64,000 nt of DNA from an uncultured Acidobacteriota bacterium (GCA_963778755.1 CAVZVJ010000002.1:118956-182955), one strand, 5' to 3'. Counted from the first letter of the stretch, positions 19,051 to 28,286 are shown. The notes: generated by a model not told the origin, from the sequence alone. Program-made: numbers and translations.

Positions 19051-20639
19051 TGACGGATAGCAGTCCCAACGGAGGGTCAGCTTCCGGGAACCTGGTTCTC
19101 GAGTTGAGTGGTGTGTATCGCCAATTCGGGGCGGTGCGAGCCCTCAGCGACGTCAGTTTCGACTGCCGCGCCGGCGAGGTTCATGCCCTCGTCGGTGAGA
19201 ACGGCTCCGGAAAGTCGACCCTCCTCGGGATTGCTAGCGGGTTCGTAGAGCCCGACAGGGGAACGGTGCGCATAGGCAGTAAGCCCTTGCGCACCGATTC
19301 CCCGGCTCAGGCCCGAAACCTGGGGCTGGCCATGGCCTATCAGGACACCTCTCTGATCCAGGCCGAGCCGGTCAAGAACAATCTGTTTCTCGCGGCTCCG
19401 CCCGAGGAGCGCCCGCCGTTCTGGCGCCGTAAGAAGTGGGCCCGCAAGTTGCTAGCCGAGTTCGACCTCGACATCGAGCTCTTCCCCGATGCCCCTGCCG
19501 GATTCCTCACACTGGCGGAGCGCCAAATGTTCGAAGTCGCCAAGGCCTTGGTCTCCAATCCCAAAGTGCTTCTGCTCGATGAGCCCACCACCGCCCTGGG
19601 CCCTGACGAAGTCGAGGCCTTGCACCGAACTGTCATTGCATGCAGAAAGCGTGGCATCGGTGTCGTGTATGTGAGTCACCGCCTGCCAGAGGTACTCGAG
19701 GTTGCAGACCGTGTCACTGTTCTCCGTGACGGTCAGACTCAGGGCACCTTCGACGCAAAGACCACGACCGAGTCGAAGCTGGTCGAGCTAATCGTCGGCC
19801 GGCCCTTCGAGGCGGCATTCCCGCAGGCCCACCCAACGTTTGGTGAGCCACGAGAGGTGTTGGTCGTCGACGGGCTTCAGGGCCAGTCGTTCGGGCCGGT
19901 CAGTTTCACCCTGGAGAGCGGTGAGATCGTCGGTATCGCCGGTGCAGAGGGCAACGGCCAGCCACAACTCTTCGACTGTCTCGCCGGCCGAGTGCCTCCG
20001 CGAGCGGGACGCGTTGTCTGTGACGGCGAGGTGCTGAGCCTGATCTCTACCCACGAGGCGGTAGCTGCCGGTGTCATGCTTCTTCCCGGCGACCGCAAGC
20101 AAGAGGCCCTCATGCCCGTGCTTGGTGTCAGGGTGAACTCCACTGTTCAAACCCTCAGACGGTTCAGTTTCCTTGGCTTCATGAAAAGGGGAGCTGAGCG
20201 CCGGACGGTCAACGATTTGATCGAACAGCTGGAAATCCGAACCCCGTCCTTGGAACAACCAGTCGAATTCCTCTCCGGCGGGAACCAGCAAAAGGTCTCG
20301 GTGTCCCGTTCGTTCCTCAAGAAACCTGCGGTGATCATGGCCTATGAGCCAACTCAGGGTGTTGATGTCGGCTCTCGTTTCGATATCTACAAGGCCCTTC
20401 GCGCACGCACTGATGGCGGGGCTGCCCTTCTCGTCAAATCAAGCGACCCCATCGAGCTCTCCGGTCTCTGCGACCGGGTTCTCGTCATGTCCCGGGGCAC
20501 GATCGTCGAAGAGATACCGGGCGACGAGCTCGACGAGTTGCGAATCATCGAGGCGATCGTCCGAGGTCCTGGATTGTCCAAGGCCGGTAGGTCGCCCCTC
20601 GGCATCGCCATGCCCAAGTCCACGCCGGCTTCCCTGTAA
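19050..20639 (+). CDS. ABC transporter ATP-binding protein with two fused ABC domains (RbsA/MglA-like)
   Basis: Walker A GENGSGKST, signature and Walker B LLLDEPTTALG are present. The second domain has GAEGNGQ and LSGGNQQK. 529 aa. Confidence 0.9.
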   Translation: MTDSSPNGGSASGNLVLELSGVYRQFGAVRALSDVSFDCRAGEVHALVGENGSGKSTLLGIASGFVEPDRGTVRIGSKPLRTDSPAQARNLGLAMAYQDTSLIQAEPVKNNLFLAAPPEERPPFWRRKKWARKLLAEFDLDIELFPDAPAGFLTLAERQMFEVAKALVSNPKVLLLDEPTTALGPDEVEALHRTVIACRKRGIGVVYVSHRLPEVLEVADRVTVLRDGQTQGTFDAKTTTESKLVELIVGRPFEAAFPQAHPTFGEPREVLVVDGLQGQSFGPVSFTLESGEIVGIAGAEGNGQPQLFDCLAGRVPPRAGRVVCDGEVLSLISTHEAVAAGVMLLPGDRKQEALMPVLGVRVNSTVQTLRRFSFLGFMKRGAERRTVNDLIEQLEIRTPSLEQPVEFLSGGNQQKVSVSRSFLKKPAVIMAYEPTQGVDVGSRFDIYKALRARTDGGAALLVKSSDPIELSGLCDRVLVMSRGTIVEEIPGDELDELRIIEAIVRGPGLSKAGRSPLGIAMPKSTPASL

Positions 20640-23092
20640 TGACCGGGCGCATGGACTCGACGAGGCTGGCGGTGCGCAAGGTCATCCGTGACGCCCGGGA
20701 CAAGAACAAATGGCGCAAGGTGGTCAAGGTGCGTCTCTGGATGCCCGTCGCACTTCAGATCATCCTCCTCGGGGCACTGGTCTGGTACACCGAGTCGCGA
20801 TTCCCTGGCTTCGTCAATGTCACGAATGTCTCCCAGATTCTGATCCTTGCGATTCCGCTGATCATCGCCACCTTCGCCCAGACTCACGCCCTCCTGGTGG
20901 GGTACATCGACCTCTCGGTCGGCGCCATGATCAGCTTTGGAGTGGTGGTCGCCTCGTTTCTGATCGGCGCCGAGTCGACCGGTTCTGAGATCCTTATTGG
21001 TGTGCTGGCGATATTGGGGAGTGGTGTCGCCCTGGGCCTGATCAATGCCGGGCTCATTCGCGGGGTGAAGATCCCCTCAATCATCGCCACCCTGGCGACA
21101 TTGAGCATCCTGGACGGGATCTCGCTGACCTTGCGGCCAACTGCCCAGGGGATCATCAGCCCCGACCTGGTGTCGACGCTGACCACGAGCATCGGGCCGA
21201 TTCCAATCGCATTTATCGGCGTCGTCGTGGCTGCCGGCCTTCTCGACTTCTGGCTCCATGCTTCGGGGAAGGGTCTCGAGGTGAGAGCGGTCGGCTTCGA
21301 CGAGCGGTCCGCCAAGCGGAGTGGCATCAGGACCAATTGGGTTCGGGTCCGGGCCCTAATCCTCTCCGCGGGCCTTGCTGCCGTCGCGTCATTCTTCGTG
21401 ATGGCCCGAGCCCCGACCGGGAACGCACAGGTCGGGTCCACCTATGCCCTGGCAAGCATCACCGCTGCGGTCCTGGGTGGGGCTTCGCTCGCCGGGGGCC
21501 GGGCCACCTTCGTTGGGGGACTCGTCGCCTCGATCCTGCTGGCTGTCGTCCTCACCGTGCTGCCCTACCTCGGCCTCTCTAACACGGATGGCCTAATGAT
21601 CGTTGGGGTCCTGGTGCTGCTCGGGATCGTTTTGTTCCAGGTGGGAGACATCAAGGAATTGGTGAAGAGGAACTATCGACGCGCACGTCGGGTGTTCCTG
21701 GCGAGCCGCCCGGTCAAGGTTTCCGAGCTCCCAACGTTCTATCCGGCGGGAACCGACTTCCGGGTGGTTCCAACCGGCCGCAAGCTGATCAAGGGAGGGA
21801 CCGTTCTCAGTCTCGACCCCAATGTCGGCGATTTCAGCACCGGGGATGTCTTGATCGAAGGCAGCAAGATCGTTGGTGTCGGCCCAGCGCTGGCCAACGG
21901 TGACGTGGAGCTGATCGACGCCACAGGGATGATCGTGATGCCGGGATTCGTTGACAGCCACCGGCACATCTGGGAGGGCCTCCTCCGCAACATTGGGACC
22001 GATGTTCCGCTGGAGGGGCGAACGAGCTACATCTCCTTCGTCCTTCACAAACTGGCGCCGGCCTTCCGACCTGAGGACGCATACATCGGCAACCTTGTTT
22101 CGGCTCTCGGAGCGATCGATGCCGGGATCACAACACTCCTCGACTGGTCTCACATCCAGGCGTCACCCGCTCACACCGACGCGGTGGTCAAGGCGCTCCA
22201 AGATTCAGGGCTTCGGGGAGTCTTCGCCTACGGGTTCCCCTGGTGGGGGAAGTGGGAAGAGCGTCAGCCGAGCTGGTTTGTCCGCGCCGCCACAGAGCAC
22301 TTCTCCTCCAAGGACCAGATGCTCACCTTGGCGCTGGCCGCTCCCGGTCCCGAGTTCACCGACTTCGAAGTGTCCCGTGATCATTGGAAGCTGGCCCGGG
22401 AGACTGGGGCCAGGATCACCACCCACGTCGGTGTCGGAAGCTACGGCCAGGATTCCAAGGTACAGGAGATGGGAGAGGCCGGTCTGCTCGGACCCGACAC
22501 CACCTACATCCATTGCACGACCCTGAATGACACCGAGATTCAGATGATCGTCGACACCGGTGGGACGGTGTCCCTGGCTTCGCCGGTGGAGATGATGATG
22601 GGTCACGGGATGCCGCCGATCCAGAAGTTCCTGGACCGGGGACTGCGCCCCAGCCTCAGTGTGGACGTGGAGACCAATGTGCCCGGGGACCTGTTCAACC
22701 AGATGAGATCCGTCATCGGGCTGCAGCGGGCGATGGGCACCGCTAACGGCAAATCGCCGGTGTCGGTGCGCGATGTGCTCGAGTTCGCCACCGTTGAGGG
22801 GGCTCGGGCCAATGGCCTCGAATCCAAGGTCGGGACCCTCACGCCGGGCAAAGAGGCCGACGTGATCTTGCTCCGCACCGACCGGATCAATGTCACTCCT
22901 CTCAATGACCCGGCCACCGCAGTTGTCGCAGGGATGGATACCTCGAACGTAGACACGGTCTTCATCGCAGGGCGGGTGATGAAGAGAAACGGGGAGCTCC
23001 TCCACGTCGATTGGCCGGCCGTGCGCCGGATGGCCCTCGAATCACGTGACTACGTCATCGAAAAGTCCGGCTTCAAACTTCCCAAGATTTGA
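20639..23092 (+). CDS. Fusion protein: ABC transporter permease (BPD_transp_2, residues about 1-340) fused to an amidohydrolase-superfamily hydrolase (residues about 375-817)
   Basis: A single 817-aa ORF. The N-terminal half is a multi-TM permease paralogous to 16554..17603. The C-terminal half (KLIKGGTVLSLDP ... IVMPGFVDSHRHIWEGLLRNIG) is a clear paralog of the amidohydrolase at 15265..16557. There is no in-frame stop between the two domains. Confidence 0.8.
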   Translation: MTGRMDSTRLAVRKVIRDARDKNKWRKVVKVRLWMPVALQIILLGALVWYTESRFPGFVNVTNVSQILILAIPLIIATFAQTHALLVGYIDLSVGAMISFGVVVASFLIGAESTGSEILIGVLAILGSGVALGLINAGLIRGVKIPSIIATLATLSILDGISLTLRPTAQGIISPDLVSTLTTSIGPIPIAFIGVVVAAGLLDFWLHASGKGLEVRAVGFDERSAKRSGIRTNWVRVRALILSAGLAAVASFFVMARAPTGNAQVGSTYALASITAAVLGGASLAGGRATFVGGLVASILLAVVLTVLPYLGLSNTDGLMIVGVLVLLGIVLFQVGDIKELVKRNYRRARRVFLASRPVKVSELPTFYPAGTDFRVVPTGRKLIKGGTVLSLDPNVGDFSTGDVLIEGSKIVGVGPALANGDVELIDATGMIVMPGFVDSHRHIWEGLLRNIGTDVPLEGRTSYISFVLHKLAPAFRPEDAYIGNLVSALGAIDAGITTLLDWSHIQASPAHTDAVVKALQDSGLRGVFAYGFPWWGKWEERQPSWFVRAATEHFSSKDQMLTLALAAPGPEFTDFEVSRDHWKLARETGARITTHVGVGSYGQDSKVQEMGEAGLLGPDTTYIHCTTLNDTEIQMIVDTGGTVSLASPVEMMMGHGMPPIQKFLDRGLRPSLSVDVETNVPGDLFNQMRSVIGLQRAMGTANGKSPVSVRDVLEFATVEGARANGLESKVGTLTPGKEADVILLRTDRINVTPLNDPATAVVAGMDTSNVDTVFIAGRVMKRNGELLHVDWPAVRRMALESRDYVIEKSGFKLPKI

Positions 23093-23107
23093 GGGCTGGG
23101 GGGAGAG

Positions 23108-24331
23108 ATGAGGTACGACGTCTGCATCGTCGGAGCCGGGTTGGTGGGGTTGAGCGTGGGCCGGGCTGTCCTGGACCAGTATCCGGGTTCCTCCGTCGTG
23201 GTTATCGACAAGGAGGACCGGATAGCCGCCCATCAGAGCAGTCACAACAGCGGGGTCGCCCACTCAGGTCTCTATTACCGGCCCGGCTCCCTCAAGGCGA
23301 GGCTGTGTGTGGAGGGTCGAGCTCAACTGGAGAGGTTCTGTGAGAAGGCTTCGATCCCTTTTCGCAGACTGGGGAAAGTGGTGATCGCCACAGATCCGGC
23401 CGAGTTCGGGGCCCTCGACGAGTTGGAGCGGCGGGGACATGCCAACGGGCTGACCGGGCTGCGTCGGCTCAACGGCGCTGGAATTCGTGAGGTCGAACCG
23501 GCGGCAACCGGGCTCCAAGGGCTTCACGTGCCCGAAGCCGGTGTAGTGGACTTTCCGGCGGTCGCCGATCACCTTGCTGCAGAACTTCAACGAAACGGCG
23601 CCGAGGTGCGTACCGGACTCGCCGTCACTGCAATCGACCACGTAGTCGATGGAGCGCGGATAGTCGCTGGCGACCAGGAACTCCGAACCCGGATCATGGT
23701 CAACTGCGCCGGGTTGCAGTCGGACCGCGTGGCGTCCCTGGCCGGCGTGAAGAGCGATGTGCGGATAGTCCCGTTCCGGGGGGAGTACTACACCCTTGCC
23801 CCTGAGGCTGCTCATCTGGTGAACGGGCTGGTCTATCCGGTGCCGGACCCCCGGTTCCCATTCCTCGGAGTCCATTTCACGCGGCGGGTCGATGACTCGG
23901 TCGAGGTTGGCCCAAACGCGGTGCTTGCCCTGGGGCGAGAGCACTATCGGGGGGCTCCGATCGAGTGGGGAGACGTCAGGGAGATGGCGATACTGGGTGG
24001 GTTGTGGAAGCTGGCTGGCAAACACTGGCGCACAGGTGGGGCGGAGGTGTTCCGGTCGAAATCGCGGGCCCTCTACGCCCGTTCTGCCCAGAGACTGGTC
24101 CCCACCCTCAGAAGCGAGCACCTTCGTCCTGGTGGTGCCGGGGTGCGGGCGCAGGCAATGGGCCGTGATGGCCGCTTGGTGGACGATTTCGTCATCGAAG
24201 AAGTCGGGGCAACGTTGCATGTGCTCAACGCCCCGTCGCCCGGAGCCACCGCGAGTCTCGCCATCGGAGCCCATATTGCGGGGCTGCTCAGACCGCAGCT
24301 GGCCGGGTTGACGGGTGGAAGGGGTGTGTAG
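23108..24331 (+). CDS. lhgO: L-2-hydroxyglutarate oxidase/dehydrogenase (FAD-dependent, LhgO family)
   Basis: YDVCIVGAGLVGLS is the FAD GxGxxG motif. SHNSGVAHSGLYYRPGSLKA, FRGEYY and VYPVPDPRFPFLGVHFTRR ... VGPNAVLA match the E. coli LhgO/YgaF blocks almost position for position. Confidence 0.85.
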   Translation: MRYDVCIVGAGLVGLSVGRAVLDQYPGSSVVVIDKEDRIAAHQSSHNSGVAHSGLYYRPGSLKARLCVEGRAQLERFCEKASIPFRRLGKVVIATDPAEFGALDELERRGHANGLTGLRRLNGAGIREVEPAATGLQGLHVPEAGVVDFPAVADHLAAELQRNGAEVRTGLAVTAIDHVVDGARIVAGDQELRTRIMVNCAGLQSDRVASLAGVKSDVRIVPFRGEYYTLAPEAAHLVNGLVYPVPDPRFPFLGVHFTRRVDDSVEVGPNAVLALGREHYRGAPIEWGDVREMAILGGLWKLAGKHWRTGGAEVFRSKSRALYARSAQRLVPTLRSEHLRPGGAGVRAQAMGRDGRLVDDFVIEEVGATLHVLNAPSPGATASLAIGAHIAGLLRPQLAGLTGGRGV

Positions 24332-24338
24332 TGTGACT
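24325..24338. promoter_or_regulatory. Recurring 14-nt motif TGTGTAGTGTGACT (instance 3), overlapping the lhgO stop codon, about 80 nt upstream of the M24 gene
   Basis: Identical to instance 2. A TTGACG hexamer lies 15 nt upstream, at 24308-24313. Confidence 0.4.
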
Positions 24339-24418
24339 GTTCATTGTTCACGAGCCTTCCGAAGGGTCGCGGTTCGGAATTTGGATGAAGAACTGATACG
24401 AATGAGGAGGAGAGAACC

Positions 24419-25674
24419 ATGACCGACTTTCCGGTAGCCACCACCCCGGCCCCAGGGGTCATGGGTGTGGATTGGGAGGATCGTGTCGACTTTCCCCGAC
24501 TTCGCTCCTACCGCCTGGACCGGGTCCGTCAGCAACTCGAGGCCAACGATCTGGGCGCGGTCCTCCTTTTCGAGACTTCCAACATCCGTTATGCAACTGC
24601 GACGCAGATCGGCTATTGGGCTTTCAACAAGGGGGAGCGCTTCGCCCTGATCACCCGCAAGGGCCGTCCCCGAATCTGGGACTTCGGATCGGCTGCCAAG
24701 GCCCACCGACGCCAGTTGCCCGACCTGTATGACCTGGAGAACTCGATTGGAGGGAACACCGGGCTCCAGGGCGCAATTGGGCCCAGCTCCGGCCTGCATA
24801 CCCGTGCGGCCGCCGAGATCGGGGCAGTGCTCCGTGATGAAGGGCTTATCGACGATCTCCTCGGAGTCGACATGGCCGAGACCGCGGTCTTCCTTGCCCT
24901 GCAGAAGGAAGGGCTGAAAGTGACCGACGGCCAGCAGGCGATGATGCTGGCCAGGGAGATCAAGAGCTCGGACGAGATCGTCCTTCTTTCCCAGGCCAGC
25001 GCCATGGTGGACGGCGTGTATCACGAGATATACGAGACGCTGAAGCCCGGAATCAGGGAATCGGACATCGTGGCCCTGGCCCATGGCCGGTTGTTCGAGA
25101 TGGGCTCTGAGTTTGTCGAAGCCATCAACTCCATCGCGGGCGAGAGATGCAGCCCGCACCCCCACGTGTTCAGCGACCGGTTGATCCGACCAGGTGACCA
25201 GGCCTATTTCGACATCATTCACGCCTACAACGGGTATCGGACCTGTTACTACCGCACCTTCGTCGTGGGGCGGGCGACAACCGCCGAGCGCGATGCGTTC
25301 AAGCAGTCACGGGAGTGGATGGACGCGGCCATCGAGTTGGTCCGGCCGGGCAACACCACCGACATGATCGCCAAGGTCTGGCCACGGGCCGAAGACTTTG
25401 GCTTTGTCGACGAGATGGACGCCTTCGGGCTTCAGTTCGGTCACGGGGTCGGAGTCGGTCTCCACGAGCGCCCGATCATCAGCAGGCTCAACTCGCTAGA
25501 CGATCCGATCGAGATCAAAGAGGGTATGTACTTCGCCCTCGAGACCTACGCCCCGGCCACGGACGGCCGCTCGGCAGCACGCGAATCGAGGAGATGATGG
25601 TGGTCACCGCCGAAGGGCCAAAGATCACCACCTTGTTCCCGTGCGAGGAGTTGATGGTGGCGAATGAGTACTGA
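24419..25674 (+). pseudogene. M24-family metallohydrolase (creatinase/prolidase/Xaa-Pro aminopeptidase-like, with Creatinase_N domain), reading frame disrupted near 25565-25580
   Basis: ORF 24419..25597 encodes Creatinase_N plus the pita-bread domain, then terminates after ETYAPATDG. The conserved C-terminal block RIEEMMVVTAEGPKITTLFPCEEL continues in a different frame (ORF ending 25674). This implies a single-base indel. Confidence 0.6.
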
Positions 25675-26734
25675 GGTCGACGCCGGGCTCTACGACTACG
25701 CCCAGCGACCTCCCCGGCTCCCGACGCCAACCAACCCAGAGAACGACAGGCTCGACATCGATCTCGACACCCGGATCGAGATGTTCGAGATGCAACAGGT
25801 GCTCCGTCAGTTCGAGGATCGGGTCTACGACCTGTTCATGCAGAATCTGGTGAAGGGGACCAGCCATCTCTCGTTGGGGATGGAGGCCATCGCCACCGGA
25901 GTCGCGAAGGCGATGCGCCCGGATGACTACACCTTTGCCACGTATCGGGGCCACGCTCACACCGTCGCCAGAGGGGCTCCGCTGGGCCCGGTCTTAGCGG
26001 AGTTGCTGGGGAGGGACACGGGGATCCTCGGAGGCAAGGGTGGTTCGATGCACCTCACGTCGGTCGAGCACGGGATGATGGGCAGCTACGCCATCATCGG
26101 CGCCCACCTCTGCGTCGCCAACGGTGCGGCGTGGTCAGCCCAACTTCGCGGGACCGATCAGGTTGCAGTTGCCTTCTTCGGAGACGGGACCACAAACATC
26201 GGGGCATTCCACGAGGCGCTCAACCTGGCGTCGATCTGGAACCTCCCGGTCGTGTTCGTCTGTGAGAACAACCTCTACATGGAGTACACACCAATCGATC
26301 TGGTGACAGCCGCCAGTAACCCGGCTGCAGGTCGGGCTCCGGCTTACGACCTGGAGCAGGTTGTCATCGACGGCAACGATGCCGACGAGGTCTACGTCAC
26401 GGCGAAGCTGGCATTGGAGAAGGCTCGCCAGGGCGACGGGCCGTCGCTGATCGAAGCGGTGACGTATCGCCACGGCGGTCACAGCCGTGCCGATCCCGGC
26501 AAATACCGTCCAGCGCAGGAGGTCGAGGCGTGGATGGCCCACGACCCGCTGCCCACCTACCACCAGCGTCTGCTTCGCCTGGGGGTTGCCGAGTCCAGGC
26601 TTTCCGAGATCGTCCATCAGGTAACGGATCGAGTTGAAGAGGCGACCGCCTTCGCCAAGGCGGGGGAGCGGCCAGGGGAGCAGGTCCTGATGACCGATGT
26701 CTGGGCGGACGGGGGGGCATCGTGGCGGAACTGA
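25664..26734 (+). CDS. TPP-dependent 2-oxoacid dehydrogenase E1 component, alpha subunit (PdhA/AcoA-like)
   Basis: The TPP-binding region is present (GDGTTNIGAFHEALNLASIWNLPVVFVCENN). 356 aa. Confidence 0.85.
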   Translation: MSTEVDAGLYDYAQRPPRLPTPTNPENDRLDIDLDTRIEMFEMQQVLRQFEDRVYDLFMQNLVKGTSHLSLGMEAIATGVAKAMRPDDYTFATYRGHAHTVARGAPLGPVLAELLGRDTGILGGKGGSMHLTSVEHGMMGSYAIIGAHLCVANGAAWSAQLRGTDQVAVAFFGDGTTNIGAFHEALNLASIWNLPVVFVCENNLYMEYTPIDLVTAASNPAAGRAPAYDLEQVVIDGNDADEVYVTAKLALEKARQGDGPSLIEAVTYRHGGHSRADPGKYRPAQEVEAWMAHDPLPTYHQRLLRLGVAESRLSEIVHQVTDRVEEATAFAKAGERPGEQVLMTDVWADGGASWRN

Positions 26735-27699
26735 GTTATCGCGAGGCCGTTGCCCGCGGAATCGCCCAGGAGATGCGGCGCGATCCCACCCTGGTCATGC
26801 TGGGTGAGGACATCGCCGGCGCCGGTGGAGTCTTCAAGACAACCGTCGGCCTCCTCGATGAATTCGGGCCGAAACGGATCCGGGATACTCCCATATCCGA
26901 GCAGGCGATTCTGGGCGCGGCGATGGGGGCCGCCATGACCGGCGTGCCAGTGATCGCCGAGATCATGTTCTCCGACTTCCTGGCCGTCTGCTTCGACATG
27001 GTCGCCAATGAGATGGCGAAGACGAGGTACATGACGGGTGGTCAGTTCACCATCCCGGTGGTGATCCGAACTGCCAACGGCGGCGGGGTGCGTTTCGGTG
27101 CACAGCACAGTCAGAGTGTTGAGAACTGGTGCATGATGATTCCCGGGCTCAAGGTGGTTGCCCCGTCGACACCTGAAGATGTTGTGGGCCTGATGGCGGC
27201 AGCGGTCCGCGACCCCGATCCGGTCGTCTTCTTCGAGCACAAGTCATTGATGGCCACCAAAGCCGACATGCCCGACACCGACATCGTGGGCAAGCTGGGT
27301 GAGGCCAGGGTCGTCAGGCCGGGCACCGATTGCACCATCGTCGCTCTCGCTTTCATGGTGCCCCGCGCTGTGGAGGCTGCCGAGCGTCTCGCTGCCGACG
27401 GGGTCTCAGCCGAGGTGATCGACCTTCGAACCCTGGTCCCGCTCGACACCCGGTCCATCCTCAGCTCGGTGGCGAAGACGGGTTGGCTGTTCACTGTCGA
27501 AGAGAACCCGCGCTTGTGCGGGTGGGGAGCGGAGGTGGCTTCGATCGTCGCCGAGGAAGCGTTTTGGGACCTGGATGGCCCGGTCATTCGGATCACGACT
27601 CCTCACATTCCCCTTCCTGCCGCGGAGAATCTGGAGGATCTGGCGATCCCCTCGGTGGACCGGATCTACGAGACGATCAAGAAATCGGTTGGCCGTTGA
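26722..27699 (+). CDS. 2-oxoacid dehydrogenase E1 component, beta subunit (transketolase-like)
   Basis: The transketolase pyrimidine-binding and C-terminal domains are present (DTPISEQAILGAAMGAAMTG). 325 aa, overlapping the alpha subunit by 13 nt. Confidence 0.9.
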   Translation: MAELSYREAVARGIAQEMRRDPTLVMLGEDIAGAGGVFKTTVGLLDEFGPKRIRDTPISEQAILGAAMGAAMTGVPVIAEIMFSDFLAVCFDMVANEMAKTRYMTGGQFTIPVVIRTANGGGVRFGAQHSQSVENWCMMIPGLKVVAPSTPEDVVGLMAAAVRDPDPVVFFEHKSLMATKADMPDTDIVGKLGEARVVRPGTDCTIVALAFMVPRAVEAAERLAADGVSAEVIDLRTLVPLDTRSILSSVAKTGWLFTVEENPRLCGWGAEVASIVAEEAFWDLDGPVIRITTPHIPLPAAENLEDLAIPSVDRIYETIKKSVGR

Positions 27700-27794
27700 C
27701 CGTGAACCGTGACCGTGAACCGATTCTGACGGTAAACGGTTAACGGAATACGGTAAACGGATGCGCTCGACTCGCAACGCCGAACGGTCAACGC
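27692..27794. repeat. Inverted-repeat-bounded short-period repeat element between convergent genes
   Basis: The arms are CGTTGACCGT (27694-27703) and ACGGTCAACG (27784-27793). Inside them are CGTGAAC/CGTGAC repeats and five ACGGTAA/ACGGTTA/ACGGAAT-type heptamers. Both flanking stop codons lie inside the arms. Confidence 0.5.
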
Positions 27795-28210
27795 ACCAGC
27801 AGTAGGTCGCACGTGCCGCTGTGGACCACATCCTGGGCAGTGGAGCCGAGGAGGAGCTTCTTGACCCAGCCCAGGCCACGGGTGCCGACTACCACGAGCT
27901 CCGCTTCGATCTCAGCGCAGTAGTCGACCAGTGCCCTGCCCGGCGAGCCGTCGCGGTCGACGCGCACCACCGCCAAGCCGGCGTCCTCCAGAAGTGGTTG
28001 CGCCGACTCCCAAACAACGGTTCGCTGTTCGCTCGCCATATCCCGGGTGTCGACTGTCACGTCGTCCGGAAGATGGAGCAGGGCAGGGCTGAGGTCGATC
28101 GCGTGGAGGATGTGCAGATCCGCGCCGCGCAGCCGCGCCTCGTCGATGGCCTTGGACAGGGCGCGGAGGCTCGGATCAGAGCCATCGATTCCAACGACGA
28201 TGTGTCCCAC
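27788..28210 (-). CDS. Universal stress protein (UspA family)
   Basis: Begins IVVGIDGSDPSLRAL and ends with a G..G(9)G(S/T) ATP-binding tail (VVGTRGLG). 140 aa. Confidence 0.85.
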   Translation of the reverse strand: MGHIVVGIDGSDPSLRALSKAIDEARLRGADLHILHAIDLSPALLHLPDDVTVDTRDMASEQRTVVWESAQPLLEDAGLAVVRVDRDGSPGRALVDYCAEIEAELVVVGTRGLGWVKKLLLGSTAQDVVHSGTCDLLLVR

Positions 28211-28286
28211 AAGGCAAGTCTGGCATAGCTGCGGTTGACGTCGTACCGGTCCTTTCTGCGATAGTCCAAGGCCATCGAATTCGGAG

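Noticed and set aside
24325-24355. CRP/GlxR-type site (TGTGA-N6-TCACA) reading of TGTGACTGTTCATTGTTCACGA
   Set aside because: The spacer between the TGTGA and TCAC halves is 11 nt, not 6. The conserved part shared with the other two instances is the 5' GTGTAGTGT, not the half-sites.
27692-27794. CRISPR array
   Set aside because: Repeat units are 6-7 nt with no spacers of 25-40 nt and no cas genes in the window. Nothing elsewhere in the window resembles a CRISPR repeat-spacer structure.
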